In this document: piece by piece, positions 1-7,574 of the stretch | Position numbering within the stretch: the first letter of the stretch is position 1 | Layout of the letters: each line of letters starts with the position of its first letter | Source of the DNA: a virus | Reading direction: 5' to 3' (one strand) | IMG/VR virus record: IMGVR_UViG_3300016484_000878 | Coordinates: 1 to 41,778 of that record | Length of the DNA: 41,778 nt | The notes under the pieces: model-generated | The model's input: only the letters and a program-made list of their open reading frames with translations | What the model was told of the DNA's origin: nothing | Database searches by the model: none | Made by a program: the position numbers and the translations under genes

Positions 1-22
1 GACATTGATTCTCGCTCTCTGC
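1..22. repeat. 22-bp exact copy of the window end (41757..41778); assembly overlap of a circular or circularly permuted genome
   Basis: gacattgattctcgctctctgc occurs at both ends. It contains the ATG (cat on plus) of the minus-strand gene 41123..41761. Confidence 0.9.
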
Positions 23-55
23 TCTGTGCGTTGTCGCTCTTTGCGTGTGCGCTTG

Positions 56-65
56 ATTGTAGCAC
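56..65 (-). promoter_or_regulatory. Extended -10 promoter for gene 41123..41761 (acts across the circular junction)
   Basis: The minus strand reads GTGCTACAAT (TGn + TACAAT). It matches the recurring GTGC-TAnAAT-CAAGCGC motif of this genome and lies about 45 nt upstream of the ATG after circular closure. Confidence 0.55.
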
Positions 66-154
66 TGGCATAACCCCTACCAGCATGCGCAGTCCTATCC
101 CAGTGACCGAACATCACGCCCCGAAGAAGCGTGACTGTCTCTGCGCTTCCCTCG

Positions 155-244
155 CATTCAGAGGGGGAGTCGAACCCCCAGACCCCTCGCGACATCGACG
201 CAACCAACGTCTTGTTTCGCTCGGCTAGACCGCCAGACCTGAAT
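155..244 (-). tRNA. tRNA-like gene, non-canonical (about 89 nt), isotype undetermined
   Basis: Features present: a 7-bp acceptor stem attcagg/tctgaat (one G-U), U8, a D-arm-like tggc-ggtcta-gccg, and a canonical T arm ggggg-ttcgact-ccccc (163..179). No canonical anticodon arm could be folded. The best candidate is gacg-ttggttg-cgtc inside an extended gcga/tcgc helix. No CCA is encoded. Confidence 0.4.
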
Positions 245-556
245 TGATGCCGGGGGTCGGGCGCTGGTTAGGCACCCTATCCCTATTTCGTGTCGACAAC
301 AGGAGGGGAGTGACCCCCTCGCCGTTGCATCGATCGTCACCCGGAGATACGCACTCGCCGTAAGGATACGGCATCATGGCACGCTCTTTGTAGGTGTGAT
401 GTGTCCGTTGCCCGCTTTGCCGCCGGCGATCGATGCATCACTGTGAAGTTTTAGGGGATCGGGGAATGAACGATGATCAGGGTTTCCCCCATCGGGTTTA
501 CTCTTCATTCGCCCGATCCTTGAACGTTTGATTTCTCTCTCGCTCTGATGACTACT

Positions 557-1573
557 TTACTGCGTCAGCGCTCGCTGCGCAACTCCGTGCGCGATTGAAT
601 CTTGAACGCCGTTACGCCACTCAGCCACACCGTTCGTGTGCACACTGCGCGCCTCGCTCCGCACGTCACAGACGAGCCGGGCGAGGTGCGCCCAGCGTCG
701 GCCGGCGACGAGATCCACGGGTTCGAGGTAGGGCGCGGCGCCGTCGCTCGGCATACGGAGCAGGATGGCGCACGTCTGGCTGACGTGGTGTTTCGGGCCG
801 GGGACGTAGTTGCGCTTGTCGTCGGCCAGCATCCACTCCGCCGTGGCGTAGACGCTCTGCTGAATCCACGTCTCCAGCCACGAGAAGAACGGCTTGCGCT
901 TCGTCTTGAGGTCGGCCAGGTAGAACACACCCGTCCGCCTGGATCTCAAGATGTCGTCGAGCCGGCCCGCCGCACGCAGCTCGACGTTGCGCACCACTCG
1001 CTCCTGAAGGCCGTGAACGCGCTCCAGCCCCTCACGCTCCAGTAGCGCCTCCAACGCCTCGATCTGCGCGTTCACTTCGGGCGTGCCGAACAGCATGCCG
1101 GTCTTCGCCCGCGCCTCCCAGACGTCGTGGCGGTTGGTGCCCATCGTGGCCGCAGTGTTCGCCCCGGCCGCCGTCTTCGCCTGCTCGTGCAGGTCGGCCA
1201 GGGCCGACACCAGCGCCTTGCCCGCCGTACTGGCGTGCAGTTCGGAGAGGTCCGCACCCGCAGCCCTGGCCGAGTGCACGAGAAAGGTCAACTGCTCGAC
1301 GAGATCGGGGCGGAGCGCCAGGCCCATCTGTGTGCGCTCGCGCTCCCAGATCGACAGGGCGCGCGAGTCGGTGATGGCGCCGGCCAGGTTCGTCGCGCTC
1401 ATGAGGCCGTACGGCACCCAGTCTCCGCCCGCCTTCGTGCCGGCCTCGCCAGGCAGGAGCGGCATGTGATAGCGCCCGCGATACCGCTCCCCGAACTGCT
1501 TGACGTTGCCGGCGGCTTCTTTCGCAGCGAGCTCTGCCTGATCGGCAGCGGCAGGATCGAATAGCAGGCTCAT
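557..1573 (-). CDS. PD-(D/E)XK exonuclease (RecB/RecE/Cas4-like phage exonuclease)
   Basis: 338 codons from ATG 1573, with an ATGA overlap to the upstream gene. The longer 423-aa track ORF is an upstream extension. The nuclease-like core is GRLDDIL...VFYLADLKTKRK. Confidence 0.7.
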   Translation of the reverse strand: MSLLFDPAAADQAELAAKEAAGNVKQFGERYRGRYHMPLLPGEAGTKAGGDWVPYGLMSATNLAGAITDSRALSIWERERTQMGLALRPDLVEQLTFLVHSARAAGADLSELHASTAGKALVSALADLHEQAKTAAGANTAATMGTNRHDVWEARAKTGMLFGTPEVNAQIEALEALLEREGLERVHGLQERVVRNVELRAAGRLDDILRSRRTGVFYLADLKTKRKPFFSWLETWIQQSVYATAEWMLADDKRNYVPGPKHHVSQTCAILLRMPSDGAAPYLEPVDLVAGRRWAHLARLVCDVRSEARSVHTNGVAEWRNGVQDSIAHGVAQRALTQ

Positions 1574-1779
1574 GCGCGCTCTCGCATTCCACTCATGATG
1601 AGCACGACGAACGCGAATAGCGGGACGGCAACGATCCATCCCGCCCCCGCAACCACGCTCATGATGACGCCGGTGACGCGTGCCGCCTTCGTGTTCGCGC
1701 TCGCCTGAAGCGAGTAGTTGAACGCCCATCCGTACAGCAGCGCCATCGCGCCATACAGCGCCCATTCCCAATTGCTCAT
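1570..1779 (-). CDS. Small membrane protein (2 predicted TM helices)
   Basis: 69 aa, hydrophobic (ALYGAMALLYGWAF; VIMSVVAGAGWIVAVPLFAFVVLIM). SD GAGAGGGGCGAA upstream of the ATG. Confidence 0.75.
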   Translation of the reverse strand: MSNWEWALYGAMALLYGWAFNYSLQASANTKAARVTGVIMSVVAGAGWIVAVPLFAFVVLIMSGMRERA

Positions 1780-1814
1780 GCCTGTTTCGCCCCTCTCTGA
1801 TTCGTAGAGTATTG

Positions 1815-1825
1815 ATTATAGCACA
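1815..1825 (-). promoter_or_regulatory. Extended -10 promoter (TGTGCTATAAT)
   Basis: The minus strand reads tgtgcTATAAT, about 35 nt upstream of ATG 1779 and just downstream of hairpin 1834..1876. Confidence 0.6.
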
Positions 1826-1833
1826 CATAGCAG

Positions 1834-1876
1834 AAGGTCGAGAGTCGAGGTTTCTCCGCCCTCGACTCTCGACCTT
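1834..1876 (-). terminator. Stem-loop terminator candidate (17-bp perfect stem)
   Basis: aaggtcgagagtcgagg / cctcgactctcgacctt with a 9-nt loop, downstream of gene 1931..2278. The U-tract is weak. Confidence 0.55.
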
Positions 1877-1930
1877 CCTATCTCCGCCTGAGCCTTCCCG
1901 TGGATCCCGGCGAAGAATCCTGTGTGCCGC

Positions 1931-2278
1931 CTAGTTCTGCTTGTGCCAGATCGTCAGTGTGTAGACGCCGTCGGCGCCCGGGCCGGAGATGCCGCGCTCG
2001 ATCTTCGCGGGCTCGGCGCCATCCTCGACGAGTTCCTTGCCGGCGCGAGTGAGCAGCCGGCGGATGCGGGCAAAGCGCTGCTTCTCGGTCTCGCCGTTCT
2101 CGACGTCGAGGGTGAACTTCGTCGCCACGGCCTTCGGGTTGCCGTCAGCGTCGGTCTGGTCGAGCACGGACTTGACGGCGCCTTCGAGGGGGTTGTCTTC
2201 CCGACGGCGGCCGGCGCCCTGGCGCGCGGCGCGCTTGACCGGCGCGGCCTCGATGAACTCGGTGTACGTCTCGCTCAT
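1931..2278 (-). CDS. Hypothetical protein
   Basis: 115-aa ORF with GGGAG upstream of the ATG and protein-like composition. The opposite-frame ORFs are shadows. Confidence 0.75.
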   Translation of the reverse strand: MSETYTEFIEAAPVKRAARQGAGRRREDNPLEGAVKSVLDQTDADGNPKAVATKFTLDVENGETEKQRFARIRRLLTRAGKELVEDGAEPAKIERGISGPGADGVYTLTIWHKQN

Positions 2279-2316
2279 GATGTTCTGTTCTCCCTGTTCG
2301 ATGATCGCAGATTAGT

Positions 2317-2421
2317 TGGGGGAGGTAGGACTCGAACCTACATTCTCTCTAGCTAGTGATCCGGCTACACGGTGGCCACCCATATACCGAACAGGCGTCC
2401 GTCCAGTTAGACGACTCCCCC
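2317..2421 (-). tRNA. tRNA-like gene, non-canonical (about 105 nt), isotype undetermined
   Basis: Starts 6 nt after the helicase stop. Features present: a perfect 7-bp acceptor stem gggggag/ctccccc, U8, a D arm gtct-aactggac-ggac with GG, and a canonical T arm gtagg-ttcgagt-cctac (2325..2341). It is about 30 nt too long. The only anticodon arm is weak (cctgt-tcggtat-atggg) and is followed by a 37-nt extra segment. Confidence 0.35.
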
Positions 2422-2427
2422 ACGTTG

Positions 2428-4263
2428 TTACGCGTTTGATTGTTGCATGCGGGAGCGCACGAGTGCAACTAGTGGATCGATTCTGCGATTCGCTTTCGCA
2501 GCGTCTACAGCCTCGCTGAGATCACCGGCGGTGACGAACTCGTCGAAGGTGACACCCAGGTAGCGTGCCATGTTCTTCAATCCCTGACTCGCCACCTTGT
2601 TGCGCCACGCGCTCTTGCGTGTGCTGAACGCGTCTCCGGCCAGGTCCTCGCCCCAGGCTAGTGCCATGTCGAGGCGCAGGCCCACGTGCTCGGTGCCGGC
2701 GGCCCATTCGGGAGCGGCGTCGTACTGCGGGTTGTATCCGTGGTTGATCGAGCAGCGCACGATGTCGTACGTGCCCGGGTCTCCGGTGATCGAATCCACG
2801 ATGAACACGAACGCGTCCGCCTTGCCGTACACGCTCGCCTTCGTGTAGTAGGTGCCGCCCGCTGTCTTACCCCACACCTTCGTGCGGCCGAGCGGATCGA
2901 AGGTGCGCGTGGTGGTGGCGCCGGAGTACTCGTCGCTCTCGAATTCGAAGGACGCTCCCGCACGCTGCTGGCCGATCTCTTCCTCGATCTCCAGCGCGTA
3001 GATCTCTTCGAGTTCGCTCAGCGTGGCGTCGGGGTGCTCGTCGTAGGTGCCCTGGCTGACGCGCTCGGGGGAGAGATCGATGAGCGAGCGGAGATCGTTG
3101 CCCTCGCTCGCTCCCGTCACGTCGATCACGAGCGCCGGCCGGCGAGCGCTCGGTTCGATCGTCAAGTCGGGACGGAGCGCTCGGCCGACGCACTGCTGGT
3201 AGAGCGGAGCGCTCTTCGTCGGGCGGCCCATCACGATGCACTCGACGCTCGGATCGTCGAACCCCTCGGTGAGCACCATCGCGTTGTGGATGACCTGAAT
3301 CGCTCCCGAGCGCAGATCGGCCAGGGCCTGGCGTCTGGCCGTCTTGTCCATCGCGCCGTGCACGACGGCGCTCTTGATGCCAGCCTTGCTGAAGACCTCC
3401 GCGGCGTGCTCGGCGGTGGCCACGAGCGGCCAGAACGCGATCCCCTTGCGATCGCTCGCCACGCGAGCGTACTGCTCAGCGATCTTCTCGATGGCGAACG
3501 AGCGCTCAAGCTCGTCAGCGAGCGAGCGCTCGCCGAAGTCTCCGCCGACAGTCTTGACGTTCCTGAGGTTGAGGTCGTCGACGATGACGCGCTCACCCTT
3601 GACGTCGAGCAGGTACCCGTTCCGAATGCCGAACAGGATGTCCCGCTTGAACGTGCAGTCCTCCCACACCGTGCTCAGCTTCATCTTGTCCGAGCGAGCG
3701 AGCGTGGCGGTGAACCCCGCCACCTTGACATCAGGAACGATGCCCCCCGACTCGATCGCTCGGCGATCGGCACTGACGCGCTCGATAACCTCATGGCGAA
3801 ACTTGACGGGAGTTTCGTCGCCCTTGAGTGCTCCGAAGTGCGTCAGGATCTTGCCGTAGGTGTTCGTACTCACGGCATGGTGGCACTCGTCGATGACGAT
3901 CAGCCCGACGCGCCTGATCTGTGCGCGCCGTTTCTCGCTCGCGAGCGTCTGCCGTGAGCTGACCACCACTCTCGCGGTGACGTTGTTCTTCTCCGCCTTG
4001 ACGATGCCGACGCTTACGTCCGGGCACACGCGCTTGATGCTGGCCGCCGCCTGCTCGATCAGTTCGTTGGTGTGAGCGATCACGAGCGCTCGCTTGCCGG
4101 CGTTCTCAGGATCGCTCAGCCACTCGTCGATGAGCGTCGAGAAGATGACCGTCTTCCCGAGGCCGGTAGCGAGCACCATCGGAACGCGCGTAGCGCCGGC
4201 ATCCCAGCGCTTACGCAGATCGTCGATCGCCTCACGCTGATAGTCACGAAGCTTGATTGTCAC
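2428..4263 (-). CDS. SF2 (DEAD/DEAH-type) DNA helicase
   Basis: Walker A LATGLGKT, motif II DECH, motif III TATL, and a conserved C-terminal helicase core. The GTG 4263 start is preferred (GTGA overlap with the upstream gene); ATG 4296 is the alternative. Confidence 0.88.
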   Translation of the reverse strand: MTIKLRDYQREAIDDLRKRWDAGATRVPMVLATGLGKTVIFSTLIDEWLSDPENAGKRALVIAHTNELIEQAAASIKRVCPDVSVGIVKAEKNNVTARVVVSSRQTLASEKRRAQIRRVGLIVIDECHHAVSTNTYGKILTHFGALKGDETPVKFRHEVIERVSADRRAIESGGIVPDVKVAGFTATLARSDKMKLSTVWEDCTFKRDILFGIRNGYLLDVKGERVIVDDLNLRNVKTVGGDFGERSLADELERSFAIEKIAEQYARVASDRKGIAFWPLVATAEHAAEVFSKAGIKSAVVHGAMDKTARRQALADLRSGAIQVIHNAMVLTEGFDDPSVECIVMGRPTKSAPLYQQCVGRALRPDLTIEPSARRPALVIDVTGASEGNDLRSLIDLSPERVSQGTYDEHPDATLSELEEIYALEIEEEIGQQRAGASFEFESDEYSGATTTRTFDPLGRTKVWGKTAGGTYYTKASVYGKADAFVFIVDSITGDPGTYDIVRCSINHGYNPQYDAAPEWAAGTEHVGLRLDMALAWGEDLAGDAFSTRKSAWRNKVASQGLKNMARYLGVTFDEFVTAGDLSEAVDAAKANRRIDPLVALVRSRMQQSNA

Positions 4264-4670
4264 GGGTGGCGCTCGCATCCCGGGAAGCGCGGGCACGCGG
4301 GGCGCTCATGCGTCTCCATCGTCTCGTAATACGGGGAGTGGCGGAACAGGCGTCGCCCGTTCTTCGGATCGTTGTTTGGGTAACCGGCGTGAACCGTGAT
4401 GTCACCCACGTACCGCTGACGCGGCTCGTCGTGTTCGACGTGGCCAACGGGAAGGACGCAGAACATCGTCGCCGAGTTATTCGCGTACACCATGCACAGG
4501 ATCGGCTCGACGGTGTGCAGCGGCTGACGAGAAAGCCAGAGCGCATGCGTCGCGTCGAGCAGGTGCCCTTGTGCGGCGTGCGACACGAACGCGCTGCGCT
4601 GGCCGGTGATCGTCCTGTGCCATTTTAGCGCAGCCTTGATGACAGCGCGCTCTTCAGGAGTCATGCCCAT
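4260..4670 (-). CDS. Hypothetical protein
   Basis: 136-aa ORF with SD GAGAGGGGCGAATCA directly before ATG 4670. Confidence 0.8.
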   Translation of the reverse strand: MGMTPEERAVIKAALKWHRTITGQRSAFVSHAAQGHLLDATHALWLSRQPLHTVEPILCMVYANNSATMFCVLPVGHVEHDEPRQRYVGDITVHAGYPNNDPKNGRRLFRHSPYYETMETHERPACPRFPGCERHP

Positions 4671-4702
4671 TGATTCGCCCCTCTCTGATTTGTGCTGTGC
4701 TA

Positions 4703-4711
4703 ATTATACAC
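4703..4711 (-). promoter_or_regulatory. -10 promoter element (GTGTATAAT)
   Basis: The minus strand reads cgtgTATAAT, immediately after hairpin 4711..4744 and about 30 nt before ATG 4670. Confidence 0.5.
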
Positions 4712-4744
4712 GAAGCGCGCGAGGGGTCAACCTCGCGCGCTTCG
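4711..4744 (-). terminator. Stem-loop terminator candidate (14-bp perfect stem)
   Basis: cgaagcgcgcgagg-ggtcaa-cctcgcgcgcttcg, between genes 4759..5178 and 4260..4670. Confidence 0.6.
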
Positions 4745-4758
4745 TCGTGCTCGGCAGA

Positions 4759-5178
4759 TCAGGACTTGGGGAACGTCAGCGGTCCCCAGTTCTTTTCGAT
4801 ACTCTCCAGGCTTACGCCGTGACTGGCGGCGCCATTTTTAGCGCACTTCTCGTGATCGTGCACATTCAAAACGTAACCGCTGTGATCGTCGCGCCACACC
4901 CACCTGTCGCCCTCACTGTCGACGATGACGAGCGGGCGCTCGTCCGTCTTGCGCTCGCTCTCGCGCGCGAGAGCGTCGCCGTCGAGGCGCTCGCGCACGG
5001 CGGTCATCGCGTCGTAGAACGCATCGAAGTCGGCGCGCGTCATGTACGGGAGACTCGTCATGGCGACATGTGCAGCCTGACGCACCGTGACCTTGATCTC
5101 GCCCACGCCATCCACCTCGATCATCGGCACCTGCTCGCAGATCTCCGCGATCCGGAAACCTCTGCTCTCGATCTTCAT
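4759..5178 (-). CDS. Hypothetical protein
   Basis: Start moved to ATG 5178 (MKIESRG...), which follows SD GAGAGGGGCGAATGAG. The track start 5202 lacks an SD. Confidence 0.78.
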   Translation of the reverse strand: MKIESRGFRIAEICEQVPMIEVDGVGEIKVTVRQAAHVAMTSLPYMTRADFDAFYDAMTAVRERLDGDALARESERKTDERPLVIVDSEGDRWVWRDDHSGYVLNVHDHEKCAKNGAASHGVSLESIEKNWGPLTFPKS

Positions 5179-5211
5179 CTCATTCGCCCCTCTCTGATTC
5201 ATGTGCGCTTG

Positions 5212-5222
5212 ATTCTAGCACA
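5212..5222 (-). promoter_or_regulatory. Extended -10 promoter (TGTGCTAGAAT)
   Basis: The minus strand reads gtgtgcTAGAATcaagcgcac. The TAG of the -10 is also the stop codon of gene 5215..5718. Confidence 0.55.
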
Positions 5223-5718
5223 CGCCTACGCGCTCACTCCAGCCGCCACACGCTTCGATGGCGGCGAGTTCGGCGCGGGTGACCTTGATATCCACGCCGG
5301 CGTCCGGCTTCATCCCGTGCTCGGGAGTGAGCGTGCGCCCGCCGTCGAGCGACTCCATCGTGACGCGTCGCGCGCTCCACTCCAGCGGAGACTCGTTCGG
5401 GCGATACTGGCTGGCGTTCGGCGCGGCGTGCCAGTGGTTGACCGGGCCGATCTCCGTCACGATCGCCGCGTGCTGCTCGTCGTCACGACGACTAGGCGGC
5501 TGAACAGGGCGCACGATGTCGCCCTCCCGCACATCCACCCATGTCCGCGCCACCCAGATGAACTCGTCCGGCGCTGGCGCCCGCTCCACCTCGATGCCCA
5601 GCTCGGCCAGCACTGCGCTGACGACGTTCCGATAGCGCGGGAGCGCGGCCTCGCCGGCGGCGACGGAGCGCATAGCCGCCCTGATCGCGTCGACATACTT
5701 CTCTTCGCTAATCTTCAC
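5215..5718 (-). CDS. Hypothetical protein
   Basis: 167-aa ORF with a 4-nt overlap to the upstream gene, consistent with translational coupling. Confidence 0.78.
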   Translation of the reverse strand: MKISEEKYVDAIRAAMRSVAAGEAALPRYRNVVSAVLAELGIEVERAPAPDEFIWVARTWVDVREGDIVRPVQPPSRRDDEQHAAIVTEIGPVNHWHAAPNASQYRPNESPLEWSARRVTMESLDGGRTLTPEHGMKPDAGVDIKVTRAELAAIEACGGWSERVGVC

Positions 5719-6026
5719 AGCTCATCTCCGTCCCCGAGAAACCTCGCGTAGAGAGTGTGCACGCCATCGCGTGAACGGAGGCGCGCCTCAAAATCACCGA
5801 TCGGGCGGAAGCAGGCGAGCCTCCCCTCGACGACAGACTTACGCACGTTCAGCGCCGTCGACTTGTCCCCGGCGTACACCACGGCCCATCGTCCGCGCTC
5901 GGCGCGCAGCTCGCCGGCCACGCCATCCCATGCACTACCCGGGGGTCGGCCATTCTTCTCGCTGGCGTGACGCGACGGTGGCGGGTCCTCCCACCTCAAC
6001 ACGCGCGGCTTCGTTTCGCCCCTCAT
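5715..6026 (-). CDS. Hypothetical protein
   Basis: 103-aa ORF with coupled starts and stops on both sides. Confidence 0.75.
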   Translation of the reverse strand: MRGETKPRVLRWEDPPPSRHASEKNGRPPGSAWDGVAGELRAERGRWAVVYAGDKSTALNVRKSVVEGRLACFRPIGDFEARLRSRDGVHTLYARFLGDGDEL

Positions 6027-6391
6027 CCCCAGTACACACCCTCTCTCTTATACATCTGCTGTTCGCGTTCGCGTTGCGGGGAGCGCATACGCTGGATCAC
6101 CAGCGGGTAGCCGGCGGGTGCCGTCCACCCCCGGCCGTCGGCGAACTCCAGCACGAAGCCCTCCATCTGCTCGTCCGGCCAGCCGGGCACGAGCGCACGC
6201 GCTTCGAGTACCTCGGCCTCGGTGGCGGTGCGCCGGCCGGTCACGACGGCCGACCAGGGGACGGGGATCTTCGAGCGCCACGGCTTCAGCCGCAACCGGA
6301 CCACCCACCCCCTGCCGATCTTGATGCGTTCAGGACGAGATCTCGATCCGATCCACATCTGACGCTGAGGCCTCACGGCATGAATCGCCAA
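6023..6391 (-). CDS. Hypothetical protein (start uncertain: 6391 or 6358)
   Basis: 122-aa ORF. ATG 6391 overlaps the methylase 3' end by 19 nt. The alternative ATG 6358 lies after the methylase stop. Confidence 0.65.
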   Translation of the reverse strand: MAIHAVRPQRQMWIGSRSRPERIKIGRGWVVRLRLKPWRSKIPVPWSAVVTGRRTATEAEVLEARALVPGWPDEQMEGFVLEFADGRGWTAPAGYPLVIQRMRSPQREREQQMYKREGVYWG

Positions 6392-7089
6392 ACTCGCTCG
6401 GTTGTTTCAGGGCGGCCGTCAGCGCCGTGTTGAAGACTCTGCCGATGCGGCATCGACAGAACGGGACGCCACCCCTTGGGGGCGCTGTACTCGGACACGA
6501 GAACGAGCGCACCGGACTCGGACCATCCTTGAGCCGTGCGCCAGAACTCCGCACTGTCGAATGCGCCAACGGCGCCGTACTCCTGAGTCCCCTCGTATGG
6601 CGGATCGCAGTAGACGACACAGTCGGCATCGATCTGCCACTCGCGATAGTCGCGCTGACAAATCTTGCGTCCATGGAATGCCGGAGCCATCCGCTTGACC
6701 GCACGGAAAGACTCAGACTGATGATTGCGAGGCTCGCCGTTGCCCATCTTTCCGCCACGTGCGAATCCACCGAACCACTTACCACCGAACGAGCACCCGA
6801 ACCCGGCGAATCCGCGGAGCGCGCTAGGGGGCGCGGTCATGAGTCGCTTGTAATCGTTCTCCGTCAACGCCTCGGGCGGAAGCCATCCGTCAGACACGGC
6901 CAACCACATCATGACGATGTCCTCTGACGCGTCACCCGCTTCAGCCTGCTCGAATAGTGGCGCAACCTTGGCGAACACCGATCCGCCACCGATGAACGGC
7001 TCGATATACCTACGCCGATCCCCCGCCTCTCGGCTCAGGTATTCGGCAATCTTGCCGGCAAGCCTTGACTTGCCACCCACGTAACGCAA
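6373..7089 (-). CDS. DNA N6-adenine methyltransferase (Dam-like, D12 class)
   Basis: N-terminal RYVGGKSRL (AdoMet-binding region) and the catalytic DPPY motif (VVYCDPPYEG). TTG start at 7089 preceded by GAGAGGGGCGAGGGG. Confidence 0.85.
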   Translation of the reverse strand: MRYVGGKSRLAGKIAEYLSREAGDRRRYIEPFIGGGSVFAKVAPLFEQAEAGDASEDIVMMWLAVSDGWLPPEALTENDYKRLMTAPPSALRGFAGFGCSFGGKWFGGFARGGKMGNGEPRNHQSESFRAVKRMAPAFHGRKICQRDYREWQIDADCVVYCDPPYEGTQEYGAVGAFDSAEFWRTAQGWSESGALVLVSEYSAPKGWRPVLSMPHRQSLQHGADGRPETTERVWRFMP

Positions 7090-7170
7090 CCCCTCGCCCC
7101 TCTCATCGTGCTCACGTGCTTGATCTGTGCCGGCGTGACGACGTCTTCCTGCCTCTGCCCGACACTCTCG

Positions 7171-7199
7171 ATTCTACGCACGCAAACCTCATCGTGCAA
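7171..7199 (-). promoter_or_regulatory. Sigma-70-like promoter (TTGCAC-17-TAGAAT) for the methylase operon
   Basis: On the minus strand the -35 TTGCAC is at 7194..7199 and the -10 TAGAAT at 7171..7176. Confidence 0.55.
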
Positions 7200-7227
7200 G
7201 TTTCCAGCGTGCATGCTTTGAGCACGG

Positions 7228-7283
7228 AAAAGCCCCCCGACGGGAGCCGGCGAGGGGCGAACCTCTACGACCGTCGGGGGGCT
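7228..7283 (-). terminator. Intrinsic terminator candidate
   Basis: 13-bp stem agccccccgacgg/ccgtcggggggct with a 27-nt loop, followed on the minus strand by TTTT. It lies downstream of gene 7318..7533. Confidence 0.55.
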
Positions 7284-7317
7284 TGCTCATCGAGCGTAGC
7301 ACGCGCGTCATGGCGCG

Positions 7318-7533
7318 TCAGCGCACGGCGATTTTTCTGATCTCGAATCCGCCGACAGACCAACGCCCGAGCCAGACGCGCCCATCCTGAAACTGGCCGC
7401 ACGGCTTGCCGTTGAGGCCATCGAGCGTCCGCTCAGCCTCTTCGCGCGAGGTGAAGTAGTCGAACACTTCCTCGATGTCATCGTCACCCGCATAGCCGGC
7501 CTCAACCTTTATCAGCGCGTAGATCGTTGTCAT
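7318..7533 (-). CDS. Hypothetical protein, first gene of the minus arm
   Basis: Start placed at ATG 7533 (MTTIYALIKVEAGY...). The track ORF extends to 7614, but that part covers the operator and promoter region. Confidence 0.65.
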   Translation of the reverse strand: MTTIYALIKVEAGYAGDDDIEEVFDYFTSREEAERTLDGLNGKPCGQFQDGRVWLGRWSVGGFEIRKIAVR

Positions 7534-7540
7534 GTGCAGC

Positions 7541-7574
7541 ACCGTACCACGGTTCACGGTGACCGTGGACCGTG
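7541..7574. promoter_or_regulatory. Operator-like array: five ACCGTG/CACGGT hexamers at an exact 7-bp period
   Basis: accgta(7541) cacggt(7548) cacggt(7555) accgtg(7562) accgtg(7569). The last four form a symmetric 27-bp palindrome in which only the spacer bases differ. The array abuts both -10 elements. Confidence 0.6.

Noticed and set aside
155-244. tRNA-like sequences (here and at 2317..2421) as attP cores of a temperate phage
   Set aside because: No integrase, excisionase or repressor-type immunity cassette was found anywhere in the closed genome. Both elements retain paired 5' and 3' acceptor strands rather than only a tRNA 3' fragment.
374-508. 44-aa minus-strand ORF in the structured spacer
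   Set aside because: Its third codon positions are AT-rich (AAA, AGT, GAT, CAT, TCA, CTA, CTT), unlike every confident gene here, and its SD is weak. It is kept only as a note under the spacer finding.
2686-3957. 423-aa plus-strand ORF opposite the helicase gene
   Set aside because: It is a shadow ORF. The helicase motifs are on the minus strand, and the plus-frame product is low-complexity Arg/Ala/Leu/Asp.
4606-5751. 381-aa plus-strand ORF spanning three minus-strand genes, a terminator and two promoters
   Set aside because: It crosses intergenic signals and has shadow composition. The minus-strand genes each have a strong SD.
7065-7340. 91-aa plus-strand ORF across the methylase promoter/terminator intergenic region
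   Set aside because: It spans a minus-strand promoter and a terminator hairpin, has no start signals, and lies inside the minus arm.
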